NCBI RefSeq assembly: GCF_006345805.1
Contig: NC_043001.1
Coordinates: 55,428,001 to 55,492,000 of the forward strand
Direction: 5' to 3'
Source: Octopus sinensis
Taxonomy: Eukaryota
DNA length: 64,000 nucleotides
The position numbers and the translations under genes are program-made. Positions 52,713 through 64,000 of this stretch are shown here, one piece after another (position 1 is the stretch's first letter; every line of letters starts with the position of its first letter). The notes below the pieces were generated by a model, which did no database searches, had not been told where the DNA came from, and saw only the letters and a program-made list of their open reading frames with translations.

Positions 52713-52984
52713 TGTTATATTTCGGAATGGTCATTTTGCCAGTTTAGCCAATAAAATCACACGCACTATATATTTGGCTGACGGTTAGTAAGGAGAGACA
52801 CAAATAAGAGAAGAAAACAAAGGACCACTGATGCGGTCATAGGAGTGTGACGAAAGAACTCTGGCCGAAATAAGATTAAGATTAATGTAAAAAATAAATA
52901 ACACTGAAGCAAAGTAACACCAAATATATAGTGTGTGTGATTTTATTGGCTAAACTGGCAAAATGACCATTCCAAAATATAACA
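52713..52984. repeat. 65-bp inverted repeat enclosing a 142-nt spacer
   Basis: Arms at 52713-52777 and 52920-52984 differ at only two positions. Confidence 0.9.
52822..52866 (+). ncRNA. Candidate minimal hammerhead-like motif inside the inverted repeat
   Basis: ggacca-CTGATGC-g-gtca-taggagtg-tgac-GAA-ag-aa-ct-C-tggcc. All three helices can be drawn and the triplet is CUC, but A9 is C. Confidence 0.5.
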
Positions 52985-53019
52985 ATATTATTATTATTGT
53001 TATTTTAAAATTTATATAT

Positions 53020-53215
53020 GTCAGTGAGCTGGTAGAATGGTTAGCATACCAAACAAAATGCTTAGCAGCATTTTGAGTTCAAATTATGCAGAAGTCGGCT
53101 TTATCTTTCATTCTTTTGGGGTTAATAAAATGGGTAGCAGTTGAGCACTTGGGCTGATCTAATCACTTTATGCCTCTTTCCAAATTAATGACCTTGTGCT
53201 AAAATTTGAACCCAT
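53020..53215 (+). mobile_element. SINE family B
   Basis: gtgagctggtagaatggttagc...gagttcaaattatgcagaagtcggctttatctttcattcttttgggg. Confidence 0.65.
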
Positions 53216-54000
53216 TATTGTTATCATAAGCTTGGTGAATTGGTAGACTCATAAGAGCATTGGACAATATACTTCATGATATGCAGCTATGGCTCCTTAT
53301 GGTCCAAGATCAAATTCCACTAAGACAAAATTTGTCTTTCATCTTTTCAAGGCAGAGGAAAGGAAGTACCAGCCATGTGCTGGTGTCAATAGTATCAACT
53401 AATCCCACCCTGCTTCAAAATAGTTGGCCTTGCATCTACATCATCATCATCATTATTACTATCATCATTATTATTATTATTATTATTATTGTTATTATTG
53501 TTATTATTGTTGTTGTTGCTTCTTGAAATCTTATACCAAATACACTGCATGGCCATTCTCTTTGATATATAATCTTCAAGGAACACTGTAAAATGGTTAA
53601 CTTCAAAGAGAATCAAAACCAAAACATGAAGGTGTGGGAAGGGAAGGCAATGGTGGAAGAGTTTAAAAAATAAGAAAGAAAGAATTTAAAATTAAGAGAA
53701 AACTTTGAAATAATACATTTGACTTTGCGGGATTTCTTAAGTTTGATTAAATCCTTTGCAACCAAGAGTGCCTCATTTTTAATTACACTTACACATAATC
53801 ACTGAAAAAGAACATATACAATCACATATACACACTGCCATACATACTACTACACATACAAATACACACATGCCTAACACCTCACACACAACTACACATA
53901 CTCAAGTTTTTCAACCACTTACACATACATACCCAGTATACATATACATAACCATATCTCCACACGCGCGTGTGCGCACATATGCACACACACACACACA

Positions 54001-54218
54001 TGATGGGGTGCTGTAAAGTTCCTAGCTTTAAGGATATCATGAATGGTCTGGCTGGTGGGCCAACCTTCTACATTCTTTTACAGGGCTTAGAAAAACTGAA
54101 GGACCACTGCAATAAGTGTATCAATCTGAGAGGGGAATATGATGAATAAAATCGTAATTAACTGATCCTCCTGTATTTTCTTTTACCCAAAGCCAGGAAT
54201 TTTCCAGCACCCCCTTGT
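54001..54218 (+). mobile_element. Mariner-derived MITE, second copy
   Basis: Collinear with 27480-27702. Encodes QGLEKLKDHCNKCINLRGEYDE*. Right TIR aaagccaggaattttccagcaccccct. Confidence 0.75.
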
Positions 54219-55101
54219 ACACATACATATATATATATGTAAAGACAGCCAAGTATACTTATACTCAGATGGAAATATTTATATATACACACCCACATAG
54301 AGAGAGACATACAAACACTTGCTAACACTATCACATAGAAGAAGTCATGCTGTGATTATTTGACCTGCTAGAAAGATCAGCCAAATTTCCTCCAAATTGT
54401 ATCCTTTTTTTCTTACATTTATACAGCAATGAATGACCCTTAGTGTCTTCTTTAACATGTACTATGTAATTTTAGTGGAATTTCTGTGAGAAAACACAGT
54501 TGGGTTTTTTTCCCCCATCACTTTCCTTCAAATTAGAAAATATCATCCTGTTGATTAGAAGAGATAAACTTGCCATGTCTGTCTGGCTCTTGAGAATCTA
54601 AAGAGCCAAAATAAATGTGGCAAAGTATTTCACCCAATGGTCTAACAATTCTATTAATCAACTGCACTGGAATGGTATGTTATTTTATACAGACCAGAAA
54701 GATGAATGGCAAATTTAACCTTGATGGCATTTGAACTCAAAAAGTAAGGAGCTGGAATAAATACCAAAAGGCATTTTAGCTGACACTCCAATGATACTGC
54801 CAGTTCACTGTCTTAAAAAAAAAAACATACCCAATCATATGTGTGTAGTAAGAAGTTTACTTTCCAACAACATAGTTCCAGGTTCAATTCCATGGTGTGG
54901 CACCTTGGACAGGTGTTTTCTATTATTGCTTTGGGCCAACCAAACCTTGTGAGTGGATTTAGTAGATGGAAACTGAAAGAAGCCAGTCATATATATATGT
55001 GTGTGTGTGTGCTCAAATATATATTTCAATATATACAAATACATATACACATAACTACATCTACAAACATACACCCCCAGCTCTGTGTGTCTATGAGAGA
55101 G

Positions 55102-55132
<31 letters not shown>

Positions 55133-55543
55133 AGTATAGTTCTTTGTACAAATATATTTGGTAAAACAATTTAACAATTTCAAGTAATCAAGAAAATCTT
55201 CCTGAGATTTTCTCAAGATTAATAATAAAAAAAAAATTTGTTTCTCTAAGAGAATATTTTTCAAGTTGAAACTAGTAGTAAAAACAATATACTTAAAACA
55301 GTTACTTTCAAGAGCTCACTCAAATTACACATACGTACACACACACACACATATACATGTTCACAGACACACTTTCATATACATATTCACATTAACATGC
55401 ATATTCGTTCACAAAGTATATACACTCATCTATGCAATACAATACACATGTATGTAAATATATATATTATATATATATATATATATATTTACACACGTGT
55501 GTATGTATGCATACACATGTGTGTGTATACATACACATGTGTG

Positions 55544-55587
<44 letters not shown>

Positions 55588-56064
55588 CACACACACAAAC
55601 TCACACTCATGCACTCATACACACACAGTCACACTTACACAAAGAAATTTAACCTGGAAAATAACATTAAAAAAAGATTTTTAAAAAGTACCTAAATATA
55701 ATTCCAAAAACAAAACAAAAATATATTTCTATTTTTCTTGCTTCCAGAAGAGTGAAAAGATGAAATAATTTGATATGTAAAGGTCAGTCTTTTGAGAATG
55801 GAGAGAGAGAGAGAGAAAGTAGTGTGTTATAGAGGTGTGTGCAGAGATAGACACACAGAGAGAAGTGGTGGGGAGAGCGCTTCAAGAGGAGACAGAAATG
55901 AACAGCAGGAGACAGCCAAACAGAAATGTTGATGACTGAAAGATGATAATGATAAAAGTGAGATGAAGATTATGATGATCAGAAGGATGGTGTTTGTGGT
56001 AGTGGCAGTGGTGGAAATAATGTTAGTGATGATGGTGATGATAGTGATGATAATGATTGTAAAA

Positions 56065-56124
<60 letters not shown>

Positions 56125-57004
56125 AGAGAGAAGGGAAGAAATTATAAGATGTAAAAGAGTATTTTTCAGACAGCGTTTAAATGATGTAGATGATGATGAT
56201 GATGCCACTGCTGCTGATGATGATGATGATGCCACTGCTGCTGCTGATGATTATTATTATGATGGTGTTTGACATGATGACATTGATAATGATATTAAGT
56301 ATGAGGTTAAAGGCCAATGCAATGATGATGATGATGATGATGATGATGGCATCAGTGACAGTAACTGAAGATACTGATAATGATGATGATGTTAATGATG
56401 CAAAACAATGAGGGTCAACTGCTTAGCTCTTCAAAACCCAAGACAACAGACTGCAGTAATGATGCTCTTAATCAACCAGACAGTATTAACAAGACATAGA
56501 CATCCAAAGCTTCGCTGGTTGATGATCTAACAGGAATTTAAAACTTAAAGGAAACAGTGGCCATTAATGTTTCCTCATTACTATCCAGGGTGTTGATTTA
56601 ATCAACTACAGATTTTTTTGTGCCAAATGGAGATATCTAATATTATCATTATTGTAACAAACTATTTTTGTTGTTGTCATTGTTGGATTGGCAGAATTAA
56701 CAAAATTGTGTCAGACAAAATGCCTTACTTTATTTTAGTTGTTCCACTCTATGTTCCCGAGTTCAAATCTAGTTGAAGTCAATGTTATCCTTCACCCTCC
56801 TAGTGTTGATAAAAAAAAAAACAGCCAAGTGCTGGGCTGGGGTGGGGGCATGGGACAATTAAATTGACTAATCTCCTCCCTAGAAATTTGTGGCCTAGTA
56901 GTGCCTAATTAAAGATCATTATTATCCTCGTTAGGTTTTCAGCAATTTATATGAGCTTGTAGTTCTAGGTGCATCTTTATGCTCTTAAAATATTTAACTT
57001 ATCT

Positions 57005-57362
57005 TTTGTTTCAGCCATTTGGCTGTGGCCATGCTGGGGCATTACCTTGAAGAATTTTTAGCTGAATGAATTAACCCCAGCACTTCTTTAAACCCAGTAT
57101 TGATTCTATCAATCTCTTTCAGTGAACAGCTAAGTTATGAGGATATAAACACACCAATACCAGTTGTCAAGTGGTGGTGGGGGGGAACAAACAGAGACAC
57201 AAAGGCACACACACACAGTTTCCATCTACCAAGTCCACTCACACGGCTTTGGTCATCCTGAGGCTATAGAAGAAGACACATGCCCAAGGTGCTGCACAGT
57301 GGGACTGAACCCAGAACCATGTGGTTGTGAAGCAAGCTTCTTACCACACAGCCACACCTGTG
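57005..57362 (-). mobile_element. SINE family A, complete
   Basis: Reverse tail, core and head ending cttaccacacagccacacctg. Confidence 0.72.
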
Positions 57363-57724
57363 CCTGGTATGTGCAACATTGGTTTTTGGAAATTTAGGAC
57401 TTTACTTTTGCTTTGCATTGTTTATTTTGCTGTTTCTGTTGTTAATTTAGTTTGCAAGATAAGTTGTGTAATTTTGATGGATGGTACATTTTCTATAAGC
57501 TGTGATGATGGTGCAACACATTTTAATATTGGCCAGTGATTGTGTTTTCTATGTATCAAGTGGGTTATGTGGTGTATTGAGCGGCAACTGAGTCAAATGA
57601 GGGCATTTGGTATCATAATGTTGTGTATCAATTATGTAGTAGTGTAAGTTCAATTATGTAATTGCATATGTTATATTTAGTGGTTGGTGGTTGTGTTAGT
57701 GTACATCACTGAATTAGATCATGG

Positions 57725-57949
57725 GTCTACTCTTTTACTTGTTTCAGTCATTTGACTGTGGCCATGCTGGAGCACCACCTTTAGTCAAGCAAATTGACCC
57801 CCAGGACTTATTCTTTGGAAGCCTAGTACTTCTTCTATTGGTCTCTTTTGCCGAACCGCTAAGTTACACACCAGCATCAGTTGTCAAGCGATGTTGGGGG
57901 GGACAAACACAGACACACAAACATATACACACACATACATACATATACC

Positions 57950-57983
<34 letters not shown>

Positions 57984-58162
57984 ATACATATAGATATATG
58001 TACGATGTGCTTCTTTCAGTTTCTGTCTCCCAAATCCACTCACAAGGCTTTGGTTGGCCCGAGGTTATAGTAGAAGACACTTGCCCAAAGTGCCACACAG
58101 TGGGACTAAACCCAGAACCATGTGTTTGGTGAGCAAGCTACTTACCACACAGCCACTCCTAC
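57725..58162 (-). mobile_element. SINE family A, complete
   Basis: Well-preserved reverse copy with internal (TA)n. Confidence 0.78.
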
Positions 58163-58169
58163 ACCTATT

Positions 58170-58456
58170 TCCCCTAAGCGGGGAACTTTTTTTAACCAAT
58201 TACCCAAATGTATTTATTTACATTACCCACTTAATTAGAAAGGAAGAAAATCATAGATTCTTTGAATTCAAAAGGTTTATTGAATCTATTTACATGTCCA
58301 TTACTTGGGCAGATGCAGTGTTGCCAGAAGAAAAAATTCTGTCATAAGGAACATGTTTTTTATGTAATTTTACTTATGTCTAATAAGTCCTCATTACCCA
58401 CAAGAATTTCATTTTTACCCCACTTGGGTTAATTTACCCCGGTTTGCCGATCCCTG
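58170..58456. mobile_element. Possible hAT-type DNA transposon terminus
   Basis: Right end reverse-complements to CAGGGATCGGCAAAC (hAT-like TIR), with repeated subterminal ttaccc motifs. No matching opposite end found. Confidence 0.45.
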
Positions 58457-59323
58457 CATTAGATTGTTTGGTGGCAATTCCACAGAGTATGTGTTGTGTG
58501 AATTATTTTATTTTACTGAATGCTGATCATTTAGTGCATGTGTTGTATGCAGAGACAATGTACTATTTCAGTTATGTGATTAAGTGCAAAGTGTTTTGCA
58601 CAAGATGCAGGCTACGTCTAGTGGAGCTATCTTATGGACTGTGTGTAAAATTGAGTATTTCGTTCATATTTTGCTGACATTAACTTAATGCATCAATTAT
58701 CATTGGTAAGGTACAGGCATGGTTGTATTGTTGAGAAGTTCAGTTTGAAACCACATGATTTCAGGTTCAATTCCATTGCATAACATCTTGGGTAAGTATT
58801 CTTTACTATAATCTCAAACTGACCAATGCTTTGTAAGTGAATTTAGTGGATGAATACATTACAATACCTGTAATGTGTGTATGTGTGTGTGAATGTTTAC
58901 AATTTGCATTTCTTTGAAAATTCTCTGAGCTTTGGACAGTGGTGCTATGCTTTCCAGAATGAATGAATGAAAATTACCACACTTGAAAAAAACGGAAGTG
59001 TTAGCAACATGAAGGGCATTCATCAATAATATGTAACAGTCAAACCCATGCTAGCATGGATAAATAGACGTAAAAGGAATGAAATGTATCCACTTTCATG
59101 CCCAGTACCTGTTTATTTCAGTTTCTGAGCCATATATTACAAAAGTTTCTCAACTTCCTTCTGGGTAATATTTTGATCAGATAGAAACAAGGTGTCCACC
59201 AGATTACATAGATTTTCATTCCAACTCTTGATAATTATAATTAGATGGTTTCACTTCCTTATCAGTTTGGACAGGCATATTGGAGATGATTATGGCCAGG
59301 TTGTTTTCATTATTATCTCATAA

Positions 59324-60338
59324 TACAAGTGTTGTACTGAAAAAGTGGGCATAACATTTCTATTAACTGACATGGGTTGCTCAAACAAGCACATGTTGAT
59401 AGAGAAATTCTTCCTCTATACTAACTATTCATTTCTGACAAATAATGGGTTTGAAGCAGAAACAGTGTATTATCATTGAGTTCTTGACAAAGGAGAGCTG
59501 CAGGCTGCCTGACATCCACTGGAGTCAAGAAGTTGCTTATGGATATGACACCGATGACAAAAGCAATGTGCACAGATGATTGAAGAAGTTTAAAAAAGAA
59601 AACAGCAGTGAAGACCAACCACACAGTGGGAGATTGATTAGACATGAATTGCCGATGAGTGGATGAACTGATCTACGCAGACAAACAAGTTACAATGCAA
59701 TACAGAAGATGGTAGAAGACTTTGGGTATTGGAAACTGTGTGCAAAGTGGGTAACTCAGTAGTTAACATCTGATTTGAAAAAGCAAAGATGGCAGTCTTC
59801 CCTGATTGACTTGGAGTTTTTGAAGCCAATAAAGAAACATATTTTTCTGATCTGATGACAGGGGATGAAATAAAAGTTCAGTGCATGAAATGGCATCACA
59901 CCTTGTCTCCAAGGCCTAAAACATACAAGAGCCAGTGACTGGGATGGAAAATCAAGGTGACTATTTTGGGGAGATGACCATAGACAGCTTTAGTAACAAA
60001 TCAGACAACTAGCAAATTAGGCTGGTCAGTGGCCCCCATTTACCATACAGCTTCAATTTCCTTCTGTTCAGTCTAGAGGAAGACAGTTTGTGAGGAAAAT
60101 CATTTGATGATACACACAAGATAAAAGTGGCTGTGAAGTGGGGATAACAGTACACACCTACATTTCTCAAAGAGAATCTAAGAATTGGATTCAACAATGA
60201 TGCAAATGCATTGCTTGTGGAGATTTTGATGAATGAAACCTTACCAACATATGCAGTTTGAACAAGCTATATCAGATCTTTAAAGAATTATACCCACGTT
60301 TGTATTTGCTTTCACTACTTTGCACTACGCCTCTTGTT
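59324..60338 (+). pseudogene. Decayed mariner (DD34D-type) transposon and transposase pseudogene
   Basis: From ATG 59445: IIIEFLTKE...EDQPHSGR...VDELIYADKQVT...GYWKLCAKWVTQ*LT...LMTGDE...MKWHHTLSPRPK...PHLPYS...GKSFDD...CKCIACGDFDE* (60236). Multiple stops and frameshifts; weak TIR-like ends. Confidence 0.82.
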
Positions 60339-60539
60339 CTACTTGTAGTGACATGAATTCATGTTTCAACAACCATAACTATGAATCAAAATCTTTAACA
60401 TAATGAAACAGTGTTATGAAGACCTAAAAATTTATGCATCAAAATAGAAGTAAGGACATTTATAAAATGTGGAATTTTAAAAGTTATTATAATATATATT
60501 ATTTATATCCGACGGATATTTGTCATCTCGTTTGTTGTT

Positions 60540-60585
60540 AACACAACATTTCAGCTGATATACTCTCCAGCCATCTTCAGGTGTC
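60540..60585 (-). ncRNA. Candidate minimal hammerhead ribozyme (CpG-decayed)
   Basis: gacac-CTGAAGA-t-ggctg-gagagtatat-cagct-GAA-atgt-t-gtgtt. Helix I 5 bp, helix II 5 bp, helix III reduced to atgt (an ACGT palindrome if CpG-decayed). Confidence 0.58.
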
Positions 60586-60663
60586 TTGGGGAAATTTCAA
60601 ACCCGGGTTCTCATTCCTAAGGTATTTTTCGATGATGCTGTTATTATTATTATTATTATTATT

Positions 60664-60740
60664 GTTCAGGTCACTGCTTGGATCAAACTCGGAATCTTGG
60701 GGTTAGTAGCCCACGCTCTTAACCACTGCACCATATGCCC
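60664..60740 (-). promoter_or_regulatory. tRNA-like SINE head with Pol III A and B boxes
   Basis: gggcatatggtgcagtggttaagagcgtgggctactaaccccaagattccgagtttgatccaagc: A box TGGTGCAGTGG, degenerate B box GAGTTTGATCC. Not a clean cloverleaf. Confidence 0.6.
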
Positions 60741-61644
60741 ATAATAATAATAATAACAATAACAACAACATCGAAAAATAACTTAAGAATGAGAACCCAG
60801 GTTCGAAATTTTCTCAAGACACCTGAAGAAGGCTGGAGGGTATAACAAATATTCGTCGAATGTAAATAATGTAAATAAATTCTCATCTCTTAAATATAGA
60901 ACCATATTATTATATTTTTAATAGATTTATGTGAGCTTCTACTACACCACCAGTTGTAACACTGTTTCATATTTCAAATCCCATTAAGGTAAACTTTACT
61001 CTTTATCCTTCCAGGAGTCAATAAAACAAGGTACCAATAAAGTATTGGGATATATAACACTGACTAACCTCTCACCCAGAAAATTTCTAAATTAGTTAGA
61101 GTGTCAAATATAATGTGTTATTTCATAATGGTCATCTATATTTTAAGTCCAAAACCTACCAAAGTTTTCTTTGTCTTACATCCTTTGAGATTGACAAATT
61201 AAAGTACCAGTCATGTACTGAGTTGATTGGATCTCAACTTTTCTAGCCTTGTGCCTTAGAAACCATTATCATGATTTTTATTATTAAAAGTGGAGGATGG
61301 TAAAATTAGTTAAGAAATGGAAAAAAAAATGCCGTATCTTATTTAGCTACAGTCTTTTATGTCCAAGGTTTAAGTCCTGATACATTTAAAATTACCTTTC
61401 CTGATTTGGAGGAAGACAGAAGAGGGAGTTCATAAAAATAAGAATGAGAAAAATACAATGATCAATTTAATCTACTATATCTCATATTGATAACGTAATC
61501 CTAAATGCCACTAAAATGACAATAGTCACAGGTGAAGACTTGAATACATTTGAGCATAGATCAAACTGAGACTGATAATGAGTATCTTCAACTGTCATAT
61601 CTGTTTATATTCCCTTGTAGTTAAAACTGTGATTGACAGTTAAT

Positions 61645-61992
61645 CTTTTGTCCTTTAGTTGTTTCAGTCATTAGACTGTGGCCAACCTGGGGCACAGCTT
61701 TGAAGAATGTATAGTCGAATGAACTGACTCCAGTATTTATTTTGTTTTTAAACCTGGTATTTATTCTATCAGTTACGGGGGTGTAAACACACTAACACTG
61801 ATTGTCAAGTGGTGCTGGGGACAAACACACACACAACAAGCTTCTTTCAGTTTCTGTTTACCAAATACACTTACAAGGCTTTGGTGGCCTGAGGCTATAT
61901 AAGAAAACACTTGCCCAAGTTGCCATGCAGTAGAACTGAACCTGAAACCATGTGGTTGGGAAGCAAGCTTCTTATCACACAGTGATGCTTGC
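61645..61992 (-). mobile_element. SINE family A, complete
   Basis: Reverse tail, core and head. Confidence 0.72.
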
Positions 61993-62196
61993 ACATCTAG
62001 AAAACTTCCACATATTCTGAAGTAACATTTCATACATCATTTTATGATGTTTCTGGTAGCTTCTAATTTTGGTCTTTGGTGCTGTGAGCCAAAACACTTC
62101 ATTCTCAGATATGAATTCTCTCTCAGCTTTCCAGTTTCTGCTGGTTCTTTATTCCTTATTCTCTTCCACTTTGCCCAGACATATCAGGCAGGTATA

Positions 62197-62267
<71 letters not shown>

Positions 62268-62429
62268 AGTGTGTGTGAGAGAGAAAGAGAGACAGACAGA
62301 GAAAGAGAGAGATTGACTTGTCTTAGCATGACAATTTGTGGTCCTTAAATTCCCCTCCCCATAAAACTACAACACACAAGCCTTGCACGTCAATAAGAAA
62401 CTGTTGTTGTTGTTATAATTATTATTACT

Positions 62430-62642
62430 AAGGTGGTGAGCTGGCAGAATTGTTAGCACACCAGGTAAAATGCTTAACAGAATTTTGTCCATCTTTATGC
62501 TCTGTGTTCAAATTTCACCAAGGTTGACTTTGCCTTTCATCTTTTCGGGGTCGATAAATTAAATACTAGTTGCATACTGGAGTCAATCTAATCGACTGGC
62601 CCCCTACCCCAAAATTTCAGGCCTTGTGCCTATAGTAAAAAG
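62430..62642 (+). mobile_element. SINE family B
   Basis: aaggtggtgagctggcagaattgttagc...ttgactttgcctttcatcttttcggggtcgataaattaa. Confidence 0.72.
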
Positions 62643-62787
62643 GATTATTATTATTATTTCTTTTTTATCATAGGTTCTGTTGGAACTCCTAGAATCTTGC
62701 ATGCATAGTGGGTTTGCTGCCTGCAGCCTATGGTACTATGCTATCTGATCTTTTCAATTACCTAATACTTTCCCGGCTGTTATTATT

Positions 62788-62817
<30 letters not shown>

Positions 62818-62818
<1 letters not shown>

Positions 62819-63030
62819 AAAGTGGTGAACTGGCAGAATCATTAGCATGCCAGACAAAATGTTTAATGGCATTTCATCTGTTCTTACATCTGAGTTCAAA
62901 TGCTGCTGGGGTTGACTTTGCCTTTCATCCTTTCGGAATTGATGAAATAAGTACCAGTTACGCACTGGGGTCAATGTAATCGATTAGTTCCCTCCCTCCA
63001 AATTTCAGGCCTTGTGCCTTTAGTAGAAAG
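62818..63030 (+). mobile_element. SINE family B
   Basis: gtggtgaactggcagaatcattagc...gactttgcctttcatcctttcgg...ggccttgtgcctttagtagaaagg. Confidence 0.72.
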
Positions 63031-63038
63031 GATTATAA

Positions 63039-63090
<52 letters not shown>

Positions 63091-63110
63091 TACTATCACT
63101 ATTATCGTTA

Positions 63111-63146
<36 letters not shown>

Positions 63147-63752
63147 TATTATTAGTAATAGTAGTAGTAGTAGTGGTGGTGGTAGCAGAAGCAGAATAAA
63201 TAGCTATTATAGCAACAATAATACTCTCTCTCCCTCTCTCTCACACACTCAGTAGTCATCATCAAAACCAACAACAACAACAGCCTTCATTACCATCTTT
63301 ATTGTCACGATTAATTTTATTTATTACACCACCAACTTCTGCATTAAATCATACACTTCTGCTATTGCAGCTAATGTTGTTGTTGTTGCTGGTAGTGCTG
63401 CTGTTGCTGCTTACTCTCCATCTACTGTGTGAAAGGCAAACTGGCCAGCAATCTATGCAATCTTTCAACTTACTGACAATTCAACATGACAGAATGTTGA
63501 GTGTGCACAGCACTGCCGATGAATACATAATGAAGCACCAACTAAATGGTTTCTCAAAAATGTTGACCTCTCACCCCATTCTTCACTAAATAAATCTCTC
63601 ATTTTCTTTCTCTCTCTCTCTCTCTCTCTCTGTATCTAGCTGTCTAGCTCTATTTAAATCTCTATCTCCTTATCTGTCTTTCTCTCTATCTATCACTATC
63701 TTTCTCTGTATCTCTCGCTACCAATCGATCTTTCTCTCTCCTTCTGCCTGTC

Positions 63753-63787
<35 letters not shown>

Positions 63788-63895
63788 GTCTATCTATCAG
63801 TATTGTCCAAAATTCCAGGAAATTGATGGTTTGTATTTGCATGGCATGTTTACTGGGCTGTCAAAAAATGAGAGCAGAAGGAGAGAGAAAGAGAA

Positions 63896-63934
<39 letters not shown>

Positions 63935-64000
63935 ATGTGGGAGGGGAGAGAGAGAATATAAAAGTAAAGGAGATTGAAGAAATGTTGGTGATGGTAATAA

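Larger units (their letters stand above)
60499..60869. mobile_element. Foldback element: tRNA-like head with inverted copies of a Penelope-like, hammerhead-bearing tail
   Basis: Arms at about 60499-60662 and 60741-60869 are reverse complements apart from an about 35-nt deletion in the right arm. The centre is tRNA-like. Confidence 0.75.

Noticed and set aside
53520-53575. CIWYK motif after a ttttacag as a possible Robo Ig1 exon
   Set aside because: Runs directly into an (AAC/AAT)n tract with no donor and no other Ig consensus residues.
60664-60740. Functional tRNA gene (loop CT-ACT-AA)
   Set aside because: Anticodon stem pairs only 3 bp, the T-arm and acceptor stem are poor, and it is fused to a repeat tail; it is a SINE-type head.

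Overview
AT-rich, microsatellite- and retroposon-dense animal genomic DNA, most consistent with an octopus-type cephalopod (an inference from repeat content, not proven). Only one convincing host exon was found: a 279-nt phase 1-1 exon on the minus strand (10322-10600) encoding a complete Ig domain closely resembling the second Ig domain of Roundabout (Robo). The rest of the window is best read as very large intron(s). It contains several tRNA-derived SINE families (labelled A, B, C, E, F here for convenience), many 3' ends of RTE-clade LINEs, a restriction-like-endonuclease (R4/Dong-like) non-LTR relic, decayed Tc1/mariner elements and MITEs, several foldback elements, and simple repeats. Most notable are four sequence-unrelated motifs that can be drawn as Penelope-type minimal hammerhead ribozymes (31507-31587, 36596-36631, 52822-52866, 60540-60585). 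One of them is the tail of a tRNA-headed element with an inverted copy of its own tail, another sits inside a 65-bp inverted repeat, and three lie on the robo sense strand. Nearly all ORFs in the supplied track are microsatellite or repeat artefacts. Repeat boundaries were placed by eye and are approximate.
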